From positions 30,504 through 94,503 of the forward strand of contig JBBCAW010000041.1 of assembly GCA_051382295.1 (NCBI GenBank): 64,000 nt of DNA, in the 5' to 3' direction. Under the pieces are notes generated by a model. It worked only from the letters and a program-made list of their open reading frames with translations, did not search any database and was not told where the DNA came from. Of this stretch, positions 1-9,137 are shown one piece after another (within the stretch, counting starts at the first letter, position 1; each line of letters begins with the position of its first letter). The stretch comes from Bdellovibrionota bacterium FG-1 (GTDB taxonomy: Bacteria > Bdellovibrionota > UBA1018). A program made the position numbers and the translations under genes.

Positions 1-1011
1 CGAGGGGATAATCAAAAGCTCTCCATCTTTAAGCGACTCCAGGCTCAGACTGATGTGAGGATGGGCGGCGCGAGGCTGAGGGAGTTTTTGGGTGATGATC
101 TCAACCCGGAGTTTGGCTTCTAAGGAAGGAAGAACTTCGGTGACTAACGTGAGGATTTCAGGGGGTGACCGAAAGAGCCGACCTTGAGAGCTCAGGGCGG
201 CGCTTTCAGTGGGGTTGAGTGAAGGGAGCTGGAGGGGCTTCAAGGTGTCGCCGCAAAGAGCCGCTCCATTCGAAAAAACCTCACTGATATCAGAGGCCAT
301 CTCTCCCGTGAGTCGAAACCCTCCTCCTGGAAAGTCGTCCAGGCGGGCCCTCATTCCGGTAGGGACTGCCGAAACTTGGATGGGTTGGCCATCTAAAGTG
401 ACTCCGCCGGTTTGAGCTAAAAAGGGAAAAATCGCCCGCAAAATCGCAGGTTCCAAAATGTGCCGGCGTCTTTGAAGGGCGGCATCGATGCTAAAATCCT
501 CTCGGGTGGCCGGTAGGGGGGGTGAAACAATTCGGCCACTGGCAATGCCGCCCATGTGGGCGACGAGGGTCTCGCTTAAAAGAATTTCGCGGCCCGCATG
601 GAGGATCCATCGGTCAAAAGAGAGGGCATTCCCTATGCGAGTCAAGCGATAGGCGAGGTAGGCTCCCCGCCCCGACGCAGCAGCGGAAGCCTCTTCTGGG
701 GCGGCTGCCGGGGCCTGTTTGGTGATCCCGGCTTTGAGCGCGACGGCACAAGCCGCGATATGGGCGCAAAGTTCGTTGCGATCTCCGCAATCACAATAAG
801 CATCCTGGTCCTCTAACCACAAACTGACTTTGGGGCTGACAGGACGATCCTTAAGAAGAACTCGAAGGGTGAGCTCTTGTTCTGATGCGTGATCGAGTTG
901 AACCGCGCCCTCGCGTCCAAGCGCGATGCCTTTAGCCCAAATTCCGGGCAAGGTGTCTTTTTGAAGCTGGGCTAAAAAGGCGCTCAGCGCGGGGGAAAGT
1001 GAGACTGACAT
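1..1011 (-). CDS. N-terminal part of a SWIM zinc-finger protein, probably a SNF2-family helicase (runs off the left edge)
   Basis: Not in the ORF track. Manual translation from ATG 1011: MSVSLSPALSAFLAQLQKDTLPGIWAKG...AYCDCGDRNELCAHIAAC, a CxC-x5-CxH SWIM motif typical of bacterial SWIM-SNF2 proteins; the helicase motifs would lie outside the window. Confidence 0.7.
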   Translation of the reverse strand, partial: MSVSLSPALSAFLAQLQKDTLPGIWAKGIALGREGAVQLDHASEQELTLRVLLKDRPVSPKVSLWLEDQDAYCDCGDRNELCAHIAACAVALKAGITKQAPAAAPEEASAAASGRGAYLAYRLTRIGNALSFDRWILHAGREILLSETLVAHMGGIASGRIVSPPLPATREDFSIDAALQRRRHILEPAILRAIFPFLAQTGGVTLDGQPIQVSAVPTGMRARLDDFPGGGFRLTGEMASDISEVFSNGAALCGDTLKPLQLPSLNPTESAALSSQGRLFRSPPEILTLVTEVLPSLEAKLRVEIITQKLPQPRAAHPHISLSLESLKDGELLIIPS

Positions 1012-1151
1012 GGTCGCCAAGCTAGCATTGCAGAGGATGACCCCAAAAGGAAAAAATAAGTTTTAATAGTATTGCGGTACAGTGTAATAATTTATTGACT
1101 AACCCGGATGCTCATGAGAACCGGATGCGTCGAAAAGCTTTTGGAGGACGC

Positions 1152-2483
1152 ATGATTAAGTTGAAAAACAGTATCATTTCAAATATTTGTACCTTGGTTG
1201 TGGTGTTTCTGCTTGGGGGGTCCCTTCCCGCCCAAAGTGCTTCTCGACTGTATGATTTTTTTGCTTCTGATGTTGGCCTAGTCTTACTTCGCGATACAGC
1301 GCTAGGGCGTGAGCTCGTCGAGAAAATCTTGGGGCGCCGATTAGTTGACGTGACGAGGGATTTGCCAGCTTTACGAAGCCGGCTTGAACGTCCGGATGTT
1401 GAGTCTGTCAAGTTCAAGGGGGAAATAGAAACTCGGATCCTCGAATTCGAGTCGGAGTTTCAAGCTCGGCTGAGAGTCAGCCCAGGGTTGGGAGCGGGTG
1501 ACCGACAAGCGTTGATCGAGGAGTTGTCCTCGCGATTTTTCGATTTTTCGATTTCTTCCGGACAAGGTGGGTTGGCAGCCGCGCAAGCGGCGTTTGTGAA
1601 TGCCGGAACCGGATCTATGGCTTCGTTTGCAGTGGAGCCAGGGTCAATCGAGGCAAGGCTTGCTCCGAGTGACAAGATTGATGAGCGCCTGGTTCAGCTT
1701 GAATATAAGTATTACCGCGAAAAGCATCTTCTTCAGCCCCGTCGAATGGCTGACGAACTTAAAATCCGGACGGGTTCTCAGCGGGTAACGCTTCGACAGA
1801 TGGTCGAACACATTCTTGAATCTCGTGTGGAGATGGCCCGTGAGCTCTTGGATCTTTCAAAGGTTTATCAAGGCAAGGAGCCTTTTCTTTCCTCGACGCT
1901 TGAAAAGGCATCCCATGAAGTAGGGGTGAGCGAAGGCGCCCGAAATCACTTTGCTGAAAAAGCTTCTGCTTTGGAGGCTATCGAGTATGTGGACGGCAGC
2001 GAGTTTGAGGACCTCAATGGTTACACATCCAAGCTCAGGGGCGAGATGGGGGAACTTCGCGCCGCGGTGAGGCTGGCTGGAGTCAGTGAGCGCGGCCTTC
2101 GCATCGGGCAACTGGGAAGATATTTTGGCCAGGGACCTTTGGGAGACGCTGCTCGGGCAGAATTAGCGGCTCTTGAGGTTGGGCGACCTGAGATTTTTCA
2201 AAAGGAACTCGATTTGATTTTCGAAGGAGGTTTGACTTGGGGCGAAGTCAAGTCTTATGGAAGTCGTTTAAGTCGTCAATCGCAGAATTATTTCAAGGTG
2301 ATGGAGCAGGCGCGAAAAACTGTGGGCATCAAAGCTCTGATAGAGCGGTCACCGGCTATGAGAGCGGCCTTGGCACAGCAAGGCCGTTTGATCGAACTGC
2401 GGATCTATTTTGTAGCGGGCGTGACCGATGGCGTTGCAGCGGAACTTGAGGCCCTCGGTTATCAGGTCTTTGGGATTCGATGA
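1152..2483 (+). CDS. Secreted protein with a C-terminal PD-(D/E)XK restriction-endonuclease-like motif
   Basis: GGAGG RBS before ATG 1152; signal-peptide-like N-terminus (TLVVVFLLGGSLPAQSA); C-terminal GEMGE...ELDLIF...WGEVKSY motif order. Confidence 0.5.
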   Translation: MIKLKNSIISNICTLVVVFLLGGSLPAQSASRLYDFFASDVGLVLLRDTALGRELVEKILGRRLVDVTRDLPALRSRLERPDVESVKFKGEIETRILEFESEFQARLRVSPGLGAGDRQALIEELSSRFFDFSISSGQGGLAAAQAAFVNAGTGSMASFAVEPGSIEARLAPSDKIDERLVQLEYKYYREKHLLQPRRMADELKIRTGSQRVTLRQMVEHILESRVEMARELLDLSKVYQGKEPFLSSTLEKASHEVGVSEGARNHFAEKASALEAIEYVDGSEFEDLNGYTSKLRGEMGELRAAVRLAGVSERGLRIGQLGRYFGQGPLGDAARAELAALEVGRPEIFQKELDLIFEGGLTWGEVKSYGSRLSRQSQNYFKVMEQARKTVGIKALIERSPAMRAALAQQGRLIELRIYFVAGVTDGVAAELEALGYQVFGIR

Positions 2484-2539
2484 GTGAGTCCGCTTTCCTA
2501 TGACAATCTCGGAGTTGTGTGAGATGAAGCTAACTGCAT

Positions 2540-2722
2540 ATGACCTTTGCCGAAATCCTTTTACTGCTCGCTGTTGGTGCCGGTCTTTATTTCTTGATGA
2601 CTCCCTTGCAACGCCGGCTGGAGTCACGACTTTACAAATTTTTTCGGTCTAAAACTCGTCCATCCGGCAAGCCCGTGATCGACATCACCGACTACTCCAA
2701 AAGGAAAAACCCCAAATCATGA
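2540..2722 (+). CDS. Small single-TM membrane protein
   Basis: 60 aa with an N-terminal hydrophobic helix; ATGA overlap with the SPFH gene. Confidence 0.65.
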   Translation: MTFAEILLLLAVGAGLYFLMTPLQRRLESRLYKFFRSKTRPSGKPVIDITDYSKRKNPKS

Positions 2723-3627
2723 ATTATGATTATAATTCTCCTGAATTTATTTCAAAAGTCGTCAGTCGCGCGATTCCTGCGGCGATTGCGCTGGCCCTTT
2801 TGGTCGCGCTTTTTAGCTCCTTTTCAGTAATTTCGCCTGGCTACACGGGTGTCATTTTTAATCTTTGGACCGGATCTCTGAGGACGGTACCGCAAGGGAT
2901 GGCTTGGAGGATGCCGTGGATCACCCAAGTTCAGAGTTATCCCACCGCACTCAGGACCTATACGATGGTTCGCAGAAGTGGCGAAGGTTCTTCATCAGTC
3001 GATGACAGCATCGATCTGCCGACGCGCGAAGGCCAGCATATTACGCAGGATATTTCGGTCACCTATAATACGTCCGAAGAACTCGCAGCGCAGGTTTTCA
3101 AAGCGTTTCGGGGGGCTGACATTTCTGATATCGAATCGACCTTTATTCGTCGGACGATTATCACGGTGTCCCAAAATGTCGCAGGGCAAATGTCGCTTTC
3201 TGAAGTGATCTCCGCCAAACGAAATGAACTTCAAGACGCTATTCAAAAGAAACTCGCCACCGAAATCGAAAAAATGGGGTTTAATTTAGACAAGGTCAAT
3301 CTGGGCGCGAGCCATTTGCCCCAGTCCCTTGAGGCACAGATGCAGCAGAAAATGGCGGCTCAACAACAAGCTCAGCAAGCCGAATACGAACTTCAGAAGC
3401 AGCAAATGCTCGCTAAAGCAGAGGTCGCCAAGGCGGAAGGGGAGTCACAATCTATTCTTGTGCGCGCTAAGGCACAGGCCGAGGCCAATCGACTGCTTCA
3501 GTCCACGTTGTCTCCGAGTCTCATTCAGAGCAAGGCGATCGATAAATGGAATGGGGTGCTACCGCAGGTATCCGGCGGGTCAACACCATTTATTGATCTA
3601 AGAGGGATGAAGGCCGGGAAGGAATAG
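2719..3627 (+). CDS. SPFH/prohibitin (band 7) family membrane protein
   Basis: N-terminal TM, ISPGYTGV..GMAWRMPW..VQSY motif, C-terminal AE/AQ-rich coiled coil, KWNGVLP tail. Confidence 0.9.
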   Translation: MNYDYNSPEFISKVVSRAIPAAIALALLVALFSSFSVISPGYTGVIFNLWTGSLRTVPQGMAWRMPWITQVQSYPTALRTYTMVRRSGEGSSSVDDSIDLPTREGQHITQDISVTYNTSEELAAQVFKAFRGADISDIESTFIRRTIITVSQNVAGQMSLSEVISAKRNELQDAIQKKLATEIEKMGFNLDKVNLGASHLPQSLEAQMQQKMAAQQQAQQAEYELQKQQMLAKAEVAKAEGESQSILVRAKAQAEANRLLQSTLSPSLIQSKAIDKWNGVLPQVSGGSTPFIDLRGMKAGKE

Positions 3628-3649
3628 AACTTTAGGAGGAATCGGCGAA

Positions 3650-4408
3650 ATGCCCTATCAAAATCCGATCGAAACGGTGTTAAAAAATCCGTTTCGTTTC
3701 GTCGGTATTATTAAGATTTCTCTCTTGTGGATGAAGAGCTATTTCAAAGCTCAGGAGCAGGCTGATTCCGTAGGCGCTAAAGTCATAGAGACGCTTGTGG
3801 ATGACCGCATTCCTCCGGATGAACGCGCGATCTATCCGTACCTTTTTGCCTGTCTCTACATTCTGTATGGCGTCTGGCATCTGATGGACAAGCTTTCAAA
3901 AGAGGATTATCTCAAGGCGACCGAGGCCTACATGAATATGATTCGCGAGGCGGAACGGGTTTTTCTCAACAACCCCACTCGAATGCGTGACCGCGAAAGA
4001 CTCCATCATCCTTTGACTCGCTTCACCCATACGATTGATGGTCCGACCAATTGCTTTCCATCGCTTCATGTGGCGTTCGTGATGCTGTCATTCCAATTTC
4101 TCAAGGGTGAAAAGGGCATCGACCCCCTCCGCTTGGAGGCCATGAAACACTCCTGTATCGACATTTGTCGGTCCACGATGCAGACCAAGCAGCACAGCGT
4201 GATCGATGTGATTGGGGGCATCGCTTTGAGCCGAAGCGTTTTCCTCAACGCCCACGGTCCATCGATGGCAACACAGTTCGACGATCTCTTGAATGAAATC
4301 CTCCCCGAACTCACGACCGAGGAAAAAACCGTCGCCCGGGCGGCGATTGAAAACGAGGCGGGCCTCATTCCCCTGATGGAAACACTTTTGGGACGATTTT
4401 CGGGTTAA
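3650..4408 (+). CDS. PAP2-superfamily phosphatase/phosphotransferase-like protein
   Basis: NCFPSLHV and KQHSVIDVIGG motifs. Confidence 0.7.
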   Translation: MPYQNPIETVLKNPFRFVGIIKISLLWMKSYFKAQEQADSVGAKVIETLVDDRIPPDERAIYPYLFACLYILYGVWHLMDKLSKEDYLKATEAYMNMIREAERVFLNNPTRMRDRERLHHPLTRFTHTIDGPTNCFPSLHVAFVMLSFQFLKGEKGIDPLRLEAMKHSCIDICRSTMQTKQHSVIDVIGGIALSRSVFLNAHGPSMATQFDDLLNEILPELTTEEKTVARAAIENEAGLIPLMETLLGRFSG

Positions 4409-4437
4409 ATCGTCCGGATTTTGCTATATCTCGGAGT

Positions 4438-5463
4438 GTGACTCTTACTGATCAATTTTTTTCACTGACGCCAGACTTCATTCTTAGCGCAGTTGAACGT
4501 GCAATGGGAGCGGGAGCTCGTGCTACCGGCCGCACCCTCGCGCTCAACAGTATGGAAAACCGGGTTTACGATATTGAAATGGAATGGGACGAAGGGGTGA
4601 GTCCTCCGTCTAGTAACCCGTTGCTTCGCGTGGATCCCTCGCGGGTGATCACGAAATTTTATCGGCCGGGCCGCTGGACGCGGGAAACCATTCTGGAGGA
4701 ACATGCCTTCACGCTTGATCTGGAACGGGCGGAGGTCCCAGCGGTACCGCCTCTGATGCTTGCGAATGGCTCAACGCTCGAGCAGTCCGAAGAGGGGTTT
4801 CTGTTCGCCGTCTTTCCAAAGGTACGCGGGCGCATCTTACAAGAACTCGATGATTCGCGTCTGCAACAGGTGGGACGGCTTCTGGCTCGTCTGCACAATG
4901 TGGGTGCAACGAAACCAGCACCGCATCGCTTGCGGTTGACCCCAGAAACCTATGGGTGGAGGTCGCTTGAATTCCTTGAAGCCAGCGGGCTGATCCACGA
5001 AAATCTTCGCGTTCGTTATCGGCAGGTGGTTGAAGAAGTTTTGAAAACGATTGAACCAAAATTTTCCGACGTGCCGACCTTCCGTCTTCATGGTGACTGC
5101 CATCTTGGGAATGTCCTTTGGCAGGAGACGAGCCCGTTCTTTCTGGACTTTGATGACATGGTCACCGGACCCGCGGTTCAGGACATCTGGCTGATTGTGC
5201 GCGGTCGTGATGAAGAGGCGCAGCGCCAACGCGAGGTACTTATTGGTTCATATGAATCCATGCGCGAATTCGATCGCTCCACGCTCGACCTGATTGAGCC
5301 GCTCCGTGCCTTGCGGATTGTCCACTATTCGGCTTGGATCGCGCGACGTTGGGAAGATCCGACCTTCAAAAATGCGTTTCCGGATTTCAACACCTATAAG
5401 TATTGGTTTGAAGAGCTCAATGACCTCGATGAGCAACTCAGGTTGATGATGGGGCGGGATTAA
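4438..5463 (+). CDS. srkA: Ser/Thr protein kinase RdoA/YihE (SrkA)
   Basis: ALNSMENRVY, KFYRPGRW, HGDCHLGN, DFDD, GPAVQDIW, YSAWIARRWEDP motifs. Confidence 0.93.
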   Translation: MTLTDQFFSLTPDFILSAVERAMGAGARATGRTLALNSMENRVYDIEMEWDEGVSPPSSNPLLRVDPSRVITKFYRPGRWTRETILEEHAFTLDLERAEVPAVPPLMLANGSTLEQSEEGFLFAVFPKVRGRILQELDDSRLQQVGRLLARLHNVGATKPAPHRLRLTPETYGWRSLEFLEASGLIHENLRVRYRQVVEEVLKTIEPKFSDVPTFRLHGDCHLGNVLWQETSPFFLDFDDMVTGPAVQDIWLIVRGRDEEAQRQREVLIGSYESMREFDRSTLDLIEPLRALRIVHYSAWIARRWEDPTFKNAFPDFNTYKYWFEELNDLDEQLRLMMGRD

Positions 5464-5508
5464 AGGTTAGACGCCCATTTGTCGATATTCATTTATCGAG
5501 GGTGGTTC

Positions 5509-6423
5509 ATGTCTCAGAAAAAAATAGTGTCGGCCAATGTTAAGGTTGTGGAATTTAAGAAGAAACAGGATATTGATACTGTCAAACCCAAGCCAGGGAA
5601 TCAGTTCTTTCTTCAGCCCATGCCCGAAAAGATGGAGAGCGAGCAGTATGAAACTCTCATGCTCGATCTGCAGATCGAACTCCTGAAGATGCAAAATTGG
5701 GTGAAGCAGACTGGTCAGAAAGTTGTGGTGATCTTTGAGGGGCGGGATGCTGCCGGCAAGGGGGGTACCATCAAGCGATTCAATGAACATTTGAATCCGC
5801 GCAGCGCGATTGTGGTGGCTCTCGAAAAACCTTCGGATCGAGAAAAGGGACAATGGTATTTTCAACGGTATATTTCGCGTTTGCCGGCAGCCGGCGAAAT
5901 CGTGTTCTTAGACCGGTCCTGGTATAATCGGGCAGGGGTCGAGCGAGTGATGGGGTTTTGTACGCCCGAAGAACACCTCGAATTTCTACGGCAGGCACCC
6001 GAGTTGGAGCGCATGCTCGTGAACAGTGGCATTCGACTTTTCAAATTTTGGTTCTCGGTTTCACGGGAGGAGCAGCGCAAGCGGTTTGACGAGCGTCAGA
6101 ACGATCCTTTGAAACAATGGAAACTCAGCCCCATCGATTTGGCTTCTTTGAATAAATGGGATGATTACACGCGTGCCAAAGAGGAGATGTTTTTCTACAC
6201 GGATACCGCTGATGCCCCCTGGACCGTCATTCGCGCCGATGATAAAAAGCGCGCGCGGATCAACTGTATTCGATGGGTCTTGAGCCATCTTCAGTACGAC
6301 GAGAAGTCAGAAAAACGTGTTGGCAAAGTGGACACCCGTATTATTGGCAACGCTCATGAAGTTTTTGAAAAGGGTGAAAAGATACTTTCATCTATCCCTG
6401 GTGAGAAGAAGAAAGTGGCTTAA
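5509..6423 (+). CDS. ppk2: Polyphosphate kinase 2
   Basis: FEGRDAAGKGGTIK, DRSWYNRAGVERVMGF, DPLKQWKLSP motifs. Confidence 0.95.
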   Translation: MSQKKIVSANVKVVEFKKKQDIDTVKPKPGNQFFLQPMPEKMESEQYETLMLDLQIELLKMQNWVKQTGQKVVVIFEGRDAAGKGGTIKRFNEHLNPRSAIVVALEKPSDREKGQWYFQRYISRLPAAGEIVFLDRSWYNRAGVERVMGFCTPEEHLEFLRQAPELERMLVNSGIRLFKFWFSVSREEQRKRFDERQNDPLKQWKLSPIDLASLNKWDDYTRAKEEMFFYTDTADAPWTVIRADDKKRARINCIRWVLSHLQYDEKSEKRVGKVDTRIIGNAHEVFEKGEKILSSIPGEKKKVA

Positions 6424-6452
6424 GCCGCGGGCCAGAAGGATGCAAAGAAAAA

Positions 6453-6479
6453 GCCCGGCACGAAAGATCCGTGCCGGGC
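6453..6479. terminator. Intrinsic terminator hairpin between convergent ppk2 and cytochrome c genes
   Basis: GCCCGGCACG-aaagatc-CGTGCCGGGC stem; A-rich run on the left gives a U-tract on the minus strand. Confidence 0.75.
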
Positions 6480-6491
6480 AAGTCAAAGACA

Positions 6492-6860
6492 TTATTTTTT
6501 AGCAAAAGTTTTAAGGTATTCGACGAGTGCCTTGACTTCATCGTCCTTAAGGTCGCCATAAGCATCCATTTCTTTGGACTGCTTGACGGAAGGGCCACCG
6601 AGCTTGATCGACTTGAACATGCGTTCTTCAGGCGTCATGTCGAGTCCCATTTTGTCGGCAAATACCTTGCCGTCATCAAATCGGGTTGAGACTTTGTTGA
6701 GTTTCTTTGCAGAGCGGCCATCGCCTTTGCCTTCTTTGCCGTGACACTTGGCGCACTTTTCTGCGTAGTAATCGGCGGGTTTAAATTCTGCCTGGGCGGC
6801 ATGGCCTAGCCAGCTCCCTAGTACCATCCCCATAAATGCGAGTAACAAACTTCTTTTCAT
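6492..6860 (-). CDS. Periplasmic monoheme class I cytochrome c
   Basis: Signal peptide, CAKCH heme motif, distal Met. Confidence 0.9.
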   Translation of the reverse strand: MKRSLLLAFMGMVLGSWLGHAAQAEFKPADYYAEKCAKCHGKEGKGDGRSAKKLNKVSTRFDDGKVFADKMGLDMTPEERMFKSIKLGGPSVKQSKEMDAYGDLKDDEVKALVEYLKTFAKK

Positions 6861-6973
6861 GACCTCAAGTCCTCCTAGATTAGATTGAATAGTGAAATAC
6901 TCCTTTCATCATAAACAAAAATCAGAATATTTGGGGATTTGTCTTAAACTTTTCACTGGGGAAAAATGTCCCG

Positions 6974-8497
6974 TTATTGATTGAGGGTGGGACTTTTTGT
7001 AATCGCGAGATTTTCAGCCACGTACAAGCCAATCGCGTAAGTCGTGATTTGGGGAGGGATGCCCAACGAGGTGGGATAAACTGAGGTGTCTGCGACCCAG
7101 AGATTGTCGAGCTGATGAAAGCGTCCTTGACTGTCCGCACAAGAGTTTTCGGGAGAGTCCCCCATCCAGACTGTGCTCATCGGATGGACCGAAACGATGT
7201 CGAGGTCGTTATCGTGAATCTCAAAGGGTAAATGATCGAGCTCTTGAACATTGCTGACTTCGACAGGGTTCGCAAAAGGGATGAGCACACTCCTGGCACC
7301 CGCAGCGAATAGGATTCGGGAGCATCCTTTGAGCCCCCTGACCATCTGCGTACGGTCCTCGCTGTTCATCTTGTAATCGACCCGCACGCCTGTAGCTCCG
7401 CTCGGTGAGACGGTGCCTGAACTCAGGTCATGAACCATTGCAGAGAGTGGCAAGTAATGGGGGAAACGCTGCATCATCCCTGCGTGCTGTGCGCCAAATC
7501 CCGGTAAAAGCGACGCGGCCCCGGCGGGATGGGCCGAGCCACCCACGATCCAAATGCGTTTATCCTCCTTTGCGTCGAATGAGAGAAATTCAGTGCATTC
7601 GAAAGATTGGGGAATTCCATGCCAAGCTTCTACTTTTTGATCAAACACCCCTGCCACCACCGCCCCTGGATGAAGATGAAGGCGGCTTCCGATTAATCGG
7701 TAAGGGTCAGGCACCGATGAACGGATTAAAAGAGCGGGTGTCTCGATTGCGCCGCCCGCGCAGACAAAGATCTTAGCTTCGACAATGAGGCGCGCTTGCG
7801 GAGAATCCTCCCCAGGGGCAAAAACCAGGGCCTCTGCTTGGTGCACGCGACGACCATTCCAGGCAAGTGTCGCAACGCGACAGTTCGCGTAGACTTCGGC
7901 TCCGGCGTGAACAGCTTCTGGAATGAGCACTTTGAGTGCGTTCATCTTGGCATCAAACGCGCAGCCCAGTTCGCAGAAGCCGCTGCCCGCGCAGCCCTGG
8001 CGATTATGATGCAGGGTTCCTCCTTGGTAGCCTAATGCCTCCGTGCCTTTGCGGAAAAGTCGATTAGCGACATTGACGCGCGCCTCCTCGATCGGGGCAA
8101 CACTCAGGCGCGACTCGATTTCCTCGATGTACGGGCGAAGCGTTGAGGGGGTTAAGTGTTTAAGGTTCCAGCCGTTGATGAGCGATTCTGGAGGCCGCTT
8201 ACAGAGGTTGATATTGTGAAGCGTGGAGCCGCCGACACCGTGGCCGTGCAAAATCCGGATCGCGCGGTCGCGGGTTCTTCTGCCTCCTGCATCGTAGAAG
8301 AGTTTGGGAAACATGTCGTCTTCGCGTTGAGAAAAGTTGCGTGGAGTTTGAAAACTTCCGGCTTCGAGTACGACGACGCGCAATCCTTTGCGGCTTAAGG
8401 CAAAGGCCGCCGCGCTGCCGCCTGCGCCCGAGCCGATAATGCAGACGTCAGCAGTGATGTTAAGATCTTTTGTGAGATGGCGGTAAGTGTGGATCAT
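6974..8497 (-). CDS. GMC-family FAD oxidoreductase
   Basis: GSGAGG Rossmann motif, GVGGSTLHN, CxxSGFCxxGC, HPMST. True start is probably ATG 8497 (ATGA overlap with the upstream gene), not 8809. Confidence 0.9.
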   Translation of the reverse strand: MIHTYRHLTKDLNITADVCIIGSGAGGSAAAFALSRKGLRVVVLEAGSFQTPRNFSQREDDMFPKLFYDAGGRRTRDRAIRILHGHGVGGSTLHNINLCKRPPESLINGWNLKHLTPSTLRPYIEEIESRLSVAPIEEARVNVANRLFRKGTEALGYQGGTLHHNRQGCAGSGFCELGCAFDAKMNALKVLIPEAVHAGAEVYANCRVATLAWNGRRVHQAEALVFAPGEDSPQARLIVEAKIFVCAGGAIETPALLIRSSVPDPYRLIGSRLHLHPGAVVAGVFDQKVEAWHGIPQSFECTEFLSFDAKEDKRIWIVGGSAHPAGAASLLPGFGAQHAGMMQRFPHYLPLSAMVHDLSSGTVSPSGATGVRVDYKMNSEDRTQMVRGLKGCSRILFAAGARSVLIPFANPVEVSNVQELDHLPFEIHDNDLDIVSVHPMSTVWMGDSPENSCADSQGRFHQLDNLWVADTSVYPTSLGIPPQITTYAIGLYVAENLAITKSPTLNQ

Positions 8498-9075
8498 AAA
8501 AAACGTGCCAACAGCGCAGCATATTGAGGTTCTAGTCCAATACCTAGGGTAGGCATTGGGATTATTGGCCCCGCGTAACCAATCGAGGCCCAGTTTGTGG
8601 ATCGAGTGTAAAAGGCGAGATAACTGAGATCCTTCAAGCCCACGAAAACTGGGCGGCGCCATGCAGCTCCCAGTCGCCAGCCATCCAAACAGTGCGCCTG
8701 ATCTTTGGGGTTGAGGGCAGTAAAGCGAGAAAGGAAACCGTGAAAGAGAAGCGGCGTCTGCTCGACCAAGTGCAGGGCAGCACGTAGCTCCCTTCGGTCC
8801 CTGGCGCAAAGGTGGGTCATAAAACCGTCCATCGAACGAGTCGCACTTTCGACTGAGACCTGAACATCATCTCCGGTAATCACCGAATAAACGGCCGCCA
8901 GGATACGTGCCTCGTTTGGGCTCAGATGTTTGAGGCCCCTTAACTCAGGTCCACGCGAAGGCGCGAGGAATCGCCAGCCGAGTGTCGCTCCTACGCCAAC
9001 TACTGCCGTCCAGCGTAAAAAGCTCCTTCGTGAAAAAACGTCGAGCCTAGTTTCTGGATTGGATTTCTTCGCCAC
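8494..9075 (-). CDS. Tat-signal small subunit of a GMC dehydrogenase (gluconate 2-dehydrogenase subunit 3-like)
   Basis: SRRSFL twin-arginine motif; RFTAL...W...IGYAGP C-terminal signature; coupled to the GMC gene. Confidence 0.75.
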   Translation of the reverse strand: MAKKSNPETRLDVFSRRSFLRWTAVVGVGATLGWRFLAPSRGPELRGLKHLSPNEARILAAVYSVITGDDVQVSVESATRSMDGFMTHLCARDRRELRAALHLVEQTPLLFHGFLSRFTALNPKDQAHCLDGWRLGAAWRRPVFVGLKDLSYLAFYTRSTNWASIGYAGPIIPMPTLGIGLEPQYAALLARFL

Positions 9076-9137
9076 TGGCTGGAATATAACATAAATTATT
9101 TCTGAAAAGACACAACTCGATATAGAACTGCGTTCTC

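Noticed and set aside
8498..8809. N-terminal extension of the GMC ORF
   Set aside because: Overlaps the upstream Tat-subunit gene; ATG 8497 with ATGA coupling is the plausible start.
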